Positions 24,271-33,365 of a stretch of 64,000 nucleotides of DNA are shown here, in pieces. Each line of letters begins with the position of its first letter. Position 1 is the stretch's first letter. The DNA lies in the NCBI GenBank assembly GCA_977017575.1, contig CDRNVI010000060.1, positions 248,001 through 312,000 of the forward strand. The letters are read 5' to 3'. The notes beneath the pieces were generated by a model, which worked only from the letters and a program-made list of their open reading frames with translations, did no database searches and was not told the DNA's origin. Source of the DNA: Paramoeba atlantica. Taxonomy: Eukaryota > Protista > Discosea. The position numbers and the translations under genes were made by a program.

Positions 24271-24309
24271 CAACAAGGTACAGAAACTGCATCTTTATTA
24301 TATATTAGG
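24271..24309 (-). other. Spliced-leader (mini-exon)-like relic at the 5' end of the retrotransposon
   Basis: Minus strand reads cctaatatataataaagatgcagtttctgtaccttgttg; the last 19 nt match the kinetoplastid SL core cagtttctgtactttattg at 17/19; not followed by the GT of an SL intron. Confidence 0.7.
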
Positions 24310-24534
24310 AGTTCCAGGCCTGGAGGAAGTGCGTTAAGCTTAACTGCACCGGAACAATCGTTGTATTCCAGGTTAAGACCTTTTAATGTAGACTGGAAAT
24401 GCTCCAAATTCAGTATCCCCGTCAAGTTGTTATCGCTTATTTATTATTTCATACAGGGCGATTGCCTGTAGAGATTAAGGGATATGGTTTGCTTCGCAAA
24501 GCACGTGCAAGCCATACCCTGTTAAACCGAATTA

Positions 24535-26100
24535 CCGTTACCCCCCTTACTTATCCAGGTACGCTACTTATCACAAAATCCCAAACCTTACTTATCCGCA
24601 AGGATAAGTAGCGTACCTGGACCTTGGCCTTTTTTCCGAACTTTTTTATTGTTTTAGATTTGAGGTAGCTGTACAATGCGTTGCTATTTTAAAGTATTTA
24701 TCTATCTACAACTCTTGAATTCTTTTTTCTACGACTCATCCTCCCTCTCTTTCTCTCTGAATGTCTGACTTGAATCGGCTGGTTTTTCATGCAGGGCAGG
24801 TCCGCAACGCACTCTTACCACAAGAAGCGGTTGTCGTAATTCCGGATCCGAATGCCGTAGTCAATGTTATCCCAAACGTTGAACTATTGGCCCGTGCTCA
24901 AGTTCAACAAGACCGTCCACGAAAAAGTCGTGTCGAGCTTACTATCCAGCAGAAACTTAACATTTGTGCTTCAATAGAAGCTATGAAGCCCGAAGCAACA
25001 GTTGCCGCAGAGTTTCGCATCACTCCTTCCACGGTGCGAAAAATCGTCCTGAAGAAGGAGGAGTGGATGAGGCTTGTGCGCCTTGGCCACGGAAGTTCCT
25101 ATCAATTCCACCCGCCGCGTCAGAATCAGGAATTGTACACTCAGGGTTCTCGCATGATTGCGGTCTTGCGTGACGCGCTCGTCGGGGTCACAAAATCGAT
25201 GATGTTTCAATACTTTGGGACATTTGACCATTTCAGTCAATTCACAGAAAATGGGAAGGAAAAGTTCTGGCAGCGCTTTTGTCGATTTGCGAACGTTTGT
25301 CGCCGTCGTGTAAACGGTTGCACTCAACTCGTTCCGACAGATGCTGATGAACGGGTCCGAAACTTTCTCGAGATGATGACTCTGATGAACGTCGATCGCA
25401 GAGGTTAATCTGTCATCCTCACGGGTGATGAGACCGGAGTTGTGTGGGAACCTGTAAGTAGTGTTACAATTGAACTTCGTGGGACGCGGCGGGTGCGAGT
25501 TAGCACAGCCGGAACGGAACGCCAAATGACGACAGCTTTTTTCGCGGCGCGCTCCGTTCGAGGCGCGGGTGGCGTTTGGGACCACACCATGTTGCTCCCT
25601 CATCTCATCTGGCAGGCGCAGTCCTCCACAGGCCCCATCTCTCGGGAAATCAACGCAGCAGCTGTAAAGTACCGTTGTACTGCCACCACAACTGCATCGG
25701 GGTGGACAAATGGCGACTCTTTTCTGGCATGGCTTCAACGAGAGTTGTTAGACCATGCGCGTTATCCTCCGCGACAAATTTACTTGTGATTAACCTCTAT
25801 GCTGCTCATCGAACTCACGAAATTCTTACCTTCGTGAGCAAGAGGTTGATGTCTTGTTCATTCCTTCAGGTTGCACCTCGCTCATCCAACTCATGGATGT
25901 TGCAGTCAACCGAGCGTTCAAGCACCATTACCGGGATAAATTTTCTACCTGGCGTGCCTCTCAGAACGGGTTTCCCGCCCCACGCGTCAGAAAATCACGC
26001 GTTTTGTCACTGAAGCGCTACAGTCCTTTCCTGCCATAGAAGCGTATGGTGTGGAATTTGAACGCAAGCTCTCATCCCACCTTCTACGAGGCGCAGAAAC
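24535..26100 (+). mobile_element. Decayed pogo/Tigger-like transposon
   Basis: HTH_psq (ELTIQQKLNIC..VAAEFRITPSTVRKIV), in-frame TAA at 25406 then DETG, YAAHRT and IPSGCTSLIQLMDVAVNRAFK after frameshifts; left TIR candidate TA-ccgttaccccccttacttatcc; no right TIR found. Confidence 0.88.
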
Positions 26101-26288
26101 AATTTCCCCCCAACGGGTACAATCTCTACGTGGTAGTACCCTTGTGGTTGGCGCAACGCCTGCAGAAGCTGCTTTGGAGACAGAAGTCGTCTCCAATACT
26201 TTTCAGCAGCTTTCTTTCGGTGAGGAAGTGATTGATGCGGACACTGATCAATGAGCGCTTTTTGATATAAAATTGTGTGCACTCGGGC

Positions 26289-26340
26289 AAACTTGACACA
26301 CACCTATACCATGTTCATGGTATAGGTGTGTGTCAAGTTT
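26289..26340. repeat. Perfect 25-bp inverted repeat with 2-nt loop
   Basis: aaacttgacacacacctataccatg-tt-catggtataggtgtgtgtcaagttt. Confidence 0.95.
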
Positions 26341-26399
26341 TCGAAATAGATATAAACGTCCTCCTGCAACGTGAATGGGTTTTTGTGTAAGTTTAGTTG

Positions 26400-26768
26400 T
26401 GTAAGTTTAGGCGCAGCTGAGATGAAACCTCTCACGCATAATTGCCGGAGAACACAAGTCGTCGCACACGGCTCGGAAGGCTTTTGAGGGCGTCCACCCT
26501 GCAGCCTGGTAGTGTCAGGTCCTTTTTCTTTTAGAATTATTGAAATTTTTGAGATGCTTAAATATATTGCATTGGAGATAGACTTCATAGACGCACCGTT
26601 GTCGTAGAGCTCTGCAATTCGTTTCTTTGGATAACGTGGTGTGGGCCTCATATAGAGTACAAAAAACAATGTAATAGTGGAAGATAAAATCTATAGCCTA
26701 AAAGTTCTTCTTTTCTATGAGGCCCACACCGCGTTATCTAAAGAAACGAATTGCAGAGCTCTACGACA
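26400..26768 (-). mobile_element. Tc1-like transposase N-terminal HTH fragment with an inverted duplicate of its first 53 bp
   Basis: MRPTPRYPKKRIAELYDNGASMKSISNAIYLSISKISIILKE..GGRPQK; 26600-26652 and 26716-26768 are inverted copies with 2 mismatches. Confidence 0.65.
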
Positions 26769-27124
26769 TTCTTTCGTGGGCCCTGGGACCATACAATTCT
26801 GGTCCAACGATGACAGAAAGCTAGCCTTCGTTCGGCCCTTGGAAGCTGTGGCTGAGTTCCCTTTCTCTAAAACAAAGAGGCCAATGAAAGGATCAATAAA
26901 GACTATATTAAAAAGAAGCAGAAAGTACACGAAAAAAAGTCCTGTAGCAGAAAGCACTCCAAAGTAAAGAAAGTTGTGGTAGTTAATACAGTAATGTGGC
27001 TACCCGAAATATTGCTGTAAGAAATAATGTTTCTCCATGTATGCTAGGAACACATACTTTTATCATTCTTACTTTACACTCCCCCTACACCCTTCCTATG
27101 CCCGACGTCGGCGTTCAAACTTCA

Positions 27125-27662
27125 GGCTTTCAGGACCTTTTGTTGTAGGTTTTGTAAAATTAAGTTGTCTGAACTGTTTACACAAAGACTCCGAAGTCCC
27201 ACCGTAACCCTTGCGGACGCCGTGGCCGCGTCACCCGCTACCTCCCACGTGCATTTCGACCTGCACTTATACAGGAACCCACCATCCCTGCTCTCGCACC
27301 AAACTGAAGTGAGACCAGACGGGTGGGTGAAGCTGCACAATGGGACGGAATTTATCATCGAATTAACCTCCCCCTGGGAGGAAAACTTTACAGAGGCTCA
27401 TGAGCGGATGGTTCGGAAATACAGCTATATCTATAATCAATGGAAACTACATAATCCTTCGACGTTTGTTCTAGTCTTTGAAGTAGGGGCAAGGGGGAAG
27501 TTAAACTCTACTACGCGTGCGCTAAAGTCCCTATTCGGAGGCAGCAAAAGTGCTGCTTCTGCGTACCGGGAGAAGATGGACCAGCGCGCTATTCCAGGTA
27601 GCTTTGTAATCTACCAGTACCGTGACAACCCTACGTGGGAGGTGCTCAACTTTCAGCAGTGA
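27125..27662 (+). mobile_element. 5'-truncated RLE retrotransposon copy (endonuclease end) with an inverted 5' segment
   Basis: HFDL, RPDGWVKL, IIELTSPWEEN, LVFEVGARG, GSFVIYQYR..W homologous to 18675-19100; 27125-27207 reads on the minus strand as C-x15-VLKA, which precedes LADAV on the plus strand. Confidence 0.88.
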
Positions 27663-27789
27663 CGACTTCTGAGCAAGCGGCACGTTTTGTGCGTGTCTTC
27701 TTTCTCAGTGCTTATCTCTGCAGCTCAGCTGCATGATTAATATACTAGTCCAGGAAATATTCCTCATTGGTCGCATTTTAGAGAGATCT

Positions 27790-28100
27790 CATAGGCAGAC
27801 ACATACGTGTTTAAGATTGTAGCGGAACGCCAAGCGAAATTTCTCGGATCCCAGTACAGCGATCCACCGCGACTAGAAGTGAATCCGCTTATTCGTCCGA
27901 GAAAGAAGAATTATGAGTGATTACGCTCTGTGTCATGGATGTGCGGAGTTCGCTTGTGTTAAAGAGTGGCGTTTTAAGCTACAAGTCCCTTGCGGTGACG
28001 ATATCATTCAATGGTCGAAAAAACATTTTCCTTGCAAGCCAGCGATCTGTCCTGAGCATGGGCAGCATTGCATGGAGCAATCCGAGAAGCCGGGAACCAT
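27790..28100 (+). mobile_element. Merlin transposase N-terminal fragment
   Basis: CHGCAEFACVKEWR..VPCGDD..W..ICPEHG aligns with CRGCPGYACVRLWR..IPRGND..W..CPDHG of the Merlin at 39525-41507. Confidence 0.7.
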
Positions 28101-28153
28101 GATTTTATTGTCGATGAAAGTAATCAAAGGTGCTATTGCAATAAACTAGATTT

Positions 28154-29455
28154 TTGTCAAGTCTTCAACTGTTATACCTTATCCTCATGAGCCCAGGCAA
28201 GACAGGTAAACGTTCCAGAACAAAGCGGTCGTCCGACAACCAAACTGAGTCACAGGAAATGGTAAATTCAAAAGCGTCACCGGCAACGCCAAGTGCTTCT
28301 CAGGCGCGGAGAAGGATTATCAGGAAGGAGCATGAAGCTTCTCAGGATCTCTCCGGCTCTTCTCAGGATCTCTCCGGCTCTTCTCAGGATCTCTCCGACT
28401 CTTCTCAGGATCTCTCCGACTTGCTTGAGTCGCGGTCTCAAGCTGCACTGTCCTCGGAGCTCACCCCAACCAGGAACACTACGAAGTCCAAATCACACAC
28501 CGGAAACGTGGAAGACCCTCTAAAACATGGAAAGCAGCACAATTTTTTCTCCTATGAGCTTTGCTTGTTTACCGATGACGTAAAATCAAAATCATATAAA
28601 AAGGAATTGGATCGTAGATCCGAAGCCGGCACATTTAAAAGACCCTGCGAATCAGAGGCGTCACGCAGTGTGCAACCTTTGTTTTACCATATTTCACAGC
28701 AAGTGTATTCAAACGTTTACCCAACATAAGAACAGATGTACGGCACTGGATGAACAAGTTAACGAACATACCTTGGACAATCAGGTTGTATCGAAAGAGC
28801 ATTTTTCAGCGAGTGTCTTTCCTTTCCCGCAGCAAAAGTTAATATGTCTACTGAGAGTTTTTTGTGCTTCATCCGTACTTACGAAGAAATGCGACCTAAT
28901 GATACACCGACTTCCATAATGACCGGCCTACCGTGCCCTAAAACTTTTCATGTCAAAGAAAAACAACTGGCTTGCAAGCTTTGGGAAAAAATCCGAGAAG
29001 TCGTGAGTACGCATGAGTTTTTTGGTTTGTCAATAGACGGAGGGATCGATACCATAAAACCCCAACATCTTGTCATCAGCGTACTGTACGTCGGTATGGA
29101 ATCTTTCGTGCTCACCCCCGTATACCACCAGCGCAAAAAGGCGTTTAACGGTGTGGAAATGGCGTCCCATCTTGTCACGATGCTTCGTGGTGGACTGGGG
29201 GACACTGTGCAGAAACTAAGGTATCTCATGGTTGACGGTTGTCCAGTGAATCACGTTACACGTGCTGCCACGGAAACCCGGCTTAAAGAAATATATGATC
29301 GCTACCAAGCCGTGGGAACGCTGGACTATACCAATTTAAGTCAAAGAGTGCGAGCAAACATTCCCTGCGTCCTAGAGCTTTCATGTTTCGGGCATCTTTT
29401 GAACCTTGTGGCCCGTGATTCTCTGGCTCATTACAGAGATCGTCCGTCCATTTCA
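28154..29455 (+). mobile_element. Decayed hAT-like transposase, N-terminal half
   Basis: BED-like CNLC..H..C (28668 frame), FFGLSIDG (first catalytic D), LMVDG..N and the CxxH motif SCFGHLLNLVARD; frameshifted; ends at the Merlin junction. Confidence 0.75.
28338..28421 (+). repeat. 21-bp tandem repeat x4 encoding SQDLS(G/D)S
   Basis: cttctcaggatctctccg(g/a)ct repeated four times in ORF 28154-28729. Confidence 0.95.
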
Positions 29456-31043
29456 TTCAGCGAATGTTCGCCCGATTTATGGCTCTCCTGGAAACTGCTA
29501 CTTACGAGAGGCCGCCTACTGGGCTGCGTGAATTCCCTCCTCCCCAACAAGAACAACTCGATTCCTCTATTCGGCGCAGACGACCTGTTCCTGTCCCACT
29601 TTTACCTGTGTTTCTCATTGGCGGAGTATTACAGATGTTCCACAAGGACTGATGCAACAAGGACTGGTGCAGAAGACTGGATGCGGAATCATGATTTGTT
29701 TTTCCCACCCATTTGTCCTTCGCACGGGATGCACTTTATGTCCGACGTTCCAGGGAAACCAAATCTAAGTATGTGTGGGCATCGAGAACCCGGCAAGGTG
29801 AACCGATTGAAAGTTTGTAAGTGGTCCCGGCAAGGTTGCCGATTGAAAGTTTGTAAGTGGTCACCATTTATTTCTCCCCGTACGCAACTTACTCCAGGGC
29901 AATTCTTGCTCGTATTGGCAGACATTGCGAACAACATGTGCACGGGACAGATAACTCGTAATCGTGGACTTGATCGCAAGGTGGTTCAGGATCTCCTGCA
30001 CACTCTTGCGGATGCAGCGCTCCGTAACGAAACCATGTTTCATTATGAATTCAGTCGAGTGCAGGTCGATGAGACCTTCATCGGCAAACGGAAGTATAAT
30101 CGGGACCGTAGACAGCGGAAAAGGGGATGGTGGTTCGCAACTGTCACGGAGTCTCGTGGCACTGGTAAAACGGGGCGGACCCATTGGAAATTGGTAAAGC
30201 GTCGTGATACGCCTACCCTCCATGGCTTCATCATTCCCCATCTTACCAGTGCGCGATCCGTGGTAGTGAGCGATTGTTGGGGGGCTTACAATGGTTTGGA
30301 CAAAGTTTGTCGTCACTACTCCGTGAATCATAGTAAGGAGTTTGTGAACGAGAAGGGATATCATACTAATGGCGCTGGGAGTGTCCACAACACCATTAAG
30401 TATTCGGTAAGACTCCAACACTATAATGTATATTGGGGCAACAACGTTGGAATTGCAACGAAACGTCGCGCTCCAGTGTGTAAAGTATGGGGATACCCAT
30501 AATGGCCGCGAGCAGTCTTGGCAGAGTCGCTTTGTGAATATAATGAAGTGTATTAAAGACAACTACGGTTTTCCCGTTCCCGAAGAATTTGAGGAACTCA
30601 GTTCCGTTAGTTGCGCATCAGACTACGAGGGATGACGCTTTTTATAATATTTGTTCATACGCAGTCTTTTTTTGTGTATTACTTATTTTGCTGGGACTCA
30701 GGGCTCAACCTGACTGGCTAAAAAAACAAGAAAAAATAAAAAAAAGTAAAAAAAGAAATTGTTTTGGGCGCAAGAATACCATGTAAGCAAGGTTTAATCC
30801 TTCAAGGCATAAAGATGCTGTTTCTGTACGTGTCCTCACGATCCCTATTACTGCGCGCAAGGGCTATAACCTTTTCCAACAGTAATTCAGTCTCGCTTAC
30901 AATAAAAAACCTAGCTCCGTTCGTCGAGCTTTTTTTACAAAAGAAATTGCGTTTTTATTCATCGAACAGGGCATCCTGTTCGATGAATGATTCATCAAAC
31001 GCACTGTCCGTTCGATGAATATTCATCGAGTGCCCCCCCTTCC
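29455..31043 (+). mobile_element. Merlin transposon copy b, lacking its 5' TIR; catalytic E replaced by G
   Basis: QVDETFIGKRKYNR, GRTHWKLVKRRD, VVSDCW, YSVNHSKEFV, HTNGAG (HTNHAE in copy c); 3' non-coding region and palindromic TIR array (gttcgatgaat..ttcatcga..gtgcccc) homologous to 39525-39870; 36-bp in-frame duplication near 29790-29860. Confidence 0.9.
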
Positions 31044-31724
31044 CCAAGGTTTAATTGCTAATAAGACTGGAAAAATTTAGCTCGACTTTCTGTATCAATC
31101 CGAGCGACTAGGCATTGAAAAATTTCTACGAAATTTCTACGATTCCAGTGCAAATCATTGACAAAAAAATATAGGTAGATAAATGCTTTGGGGTAGGTTT
31201 TACCACAACGAAAACCCGATTATATTTTATTCTGGCAAGGGGGGGGTTGTAAGATACTAGTTCGACTATGAATTAACGTTGAATGTTTTGGCTTCATCTA
31301 GCTGACTCGCTTTTTTACTACCTCTCGTTGCAGCGCTCAAAAAATGTGTTCTTTTTCTCAGAGGACACCTTCGCCCAAAAATTGTATCAAAAACATCTCC
31401 GAGTAAATGTAATCATGTACTTACCATCATACTGCTATGGCTGCAATGGTAGGGTGGAACACAACGGTCGAAATAAGCGACGCTTAGCGTTGCCCACAAA
31501 AAAGATGTAAGGCGGAAATCGGATAACTAAAGGAATCGTTGAAAATTTTGAATGAACACCGCTCGACGAGCGTGACGAGCGCTCCATCACCGGAGTATTA
31601 TCCACTAAAAATGAGGAGCCACAGGGTGATCCTGCGCGATCTCACACGATTTCGCGATTTAATCAAACGTCGAACGTGTAAACTAATTACGGATTTACTT
31701 TTTCGTAAAGTGTCAAATTTGCAC

Positions 31725-32411
31725 TTACTCCAATTTACCCCCAAACTCAAATCCCTCCCTTTGCATGCCTAGCCACCGGTAAATCCGGTATACGGTCCAA
31801 TCCAAGGACGGGATGGCTACGGGCTGGAGTCTTTGCCACTCCGCTCGTGCGGCATCCCCGAGTGGGGTCCTGGCGCTCAGCGCCTCGGAAAGAAGAGCGT
31901 AATGTGGGAAGTAGCGCTCATACCACTGTTCCGCGATCAGTGCCGCAAATGGGATCGCCCAGGCACCGTGCCGATACGTCCGTAGTCGACTTTGTGCGAC
32001 GCGCAGGAGCAGATAACACGGGGGAAGGGAAGTCAGGAAAGGGGTGATAAAAAGCTGGGTCTTTTGCCACGGATAGGCATCCCAGAACGCCCTCTCCCGG
32101 GGCGTCTGTGGAAGTAAGTCATATCGTGAGAGGTCACACACATTATCCAGTAGCACATGGATGTTGTGCGCACGACGACGGCAGTGAAATTCGGAGGGGG
32201 TTGCAGCCGGGAGAGGGATTTCGTACACAATGCCGTCCTCCCCTGGGTAGCCTCGTAAGCTTATGTCGTACGTGTCCTCGTGGGTGTGAGAATGAGCAGG
32301 CCGTGCGGGAAGTTTGGGGGAAGACCAAAGAAGGCCTTCCGTGACGTCCTGCGCGGCATCGGTAACCAACGACAAGATGTCATGAATCTTGGGAGTTTCA
32401 CCGGATTGCAT
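31725..32411 (-). CDS. Hypothetical protein (228 aa)
   Basis: ATG-started ORF on the host-gene strand with protein-like composition; no family recognised. Confidence 0.6.
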   Translation of the reverse strand: MQSGETPKIHDILSLVTDAAQDVTEGLLWSSPKLPARPAHSHTHEDTYDISLRGYPGEDGIVYEIPLPAATPSEFHCRRRAHNIHVLLDNVCDLSRYDLLPQTPRERAFWDAYPWQKTQLFITPFLTSLPPCYLLLRVAQSRLRTYRHGAWAIPFAALIAEQWYERYFPHYALLSEALSARTPLGDAARAEWQRLQPVAIPSLDWTVYRIYRWLGMQREGFEFGGKLE

Positions 32412-33365
32412 AGTACCGGTAAATAGCCTCTAATTATTAGAGATGGAAATCCTAACCGCGAAATTAGTCGGTCCAACGCGAAGTAGCTTTCAAGTAAATT
32501 CCCTCACGGACTGTACAGGGAAAAAGCAAAATAAAATGTGAAATTTCGCAATGCATTAAAATTGAATTATATAAAAATATACGAAAGCGGCACTTTGAGA
32601 ATTTGAGAATGAAATTTATTTTTAAGTCTACTGTAGGTACGAATTACTACGTACGATTTTTTTTGGCAACATTCAAGGTGTATCTGTACAAGGTGTATGT
32701 GTACAAGGTGTAGTTCTCCGACAAATAGAACGAGTCGCATTGCACGATATTTCAATCACGACCAGCTGGTTGTCGTTCAGTGCTTATCCTCATTGTTTTT
32801 CGCTTATCCTACGAACTATTACATCGATTTACTATCTCCCCCTACTTAAGAGACAGCCGATTTTAGACATTTGGACTCTTAAGTGGGGATATGTGTTTCT
32901 GTTATTAAATTCCGAAAAGAGTAGTTCCATCTTTTTTCCTTACAACTTTCTTTATTTGTCGTTCCCGAACCCCTACCCCCCTACATCGTTACAAAAAATT
33001 GAAAGTCTTTAAAAAAACTATCCATTTGATAGCAATGCCAGGTACGACCATGAGAAGCCTCTTTATATCTCGTGACAAGTTTATCTATATTTCTCCGACA
33101 AGTAGAACGAGTCGCATTGCATTGACGAAGCAATCACGACCAGCTGGTTGTCGTTTGACTTTCCCTACTGATCTCAGTTTTCTCCTACTGGTTGTATATT
33201 TTTTTTCTAATGTGTTTTCGAAAAGGGTTCTGAAGTAGGGCACATGCATGTACTGTACTGCAATATAAAGCCATTACATGTACAGGTACGTACAGGTAGC
33301 ATATCTACATGTGTTAGCATGTACGTGATATAAGGCATCGTTCATTCTATATTATTATCGAGTAC

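Larger units (their letters stand above)
18600..24309 (-). mobile_element. Near full-length RLE-type (NeSL/HERO/R2-like) non-LTR retrotransposon, single ORF broken by two insertions and frameshifts
   Basis: RT motifs QKGFLP, FDIKNAFGSIPH, GVLQGDTLSPILF, FADDL (20590-21600); CCHC CPIC..HILSGC, RHN, PDG, IIELTCPWEEN, K..KY (18675-19840); removing two TA-flanked insertions restores the frame; 3' boundary approximate. Confidence 0.93.
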
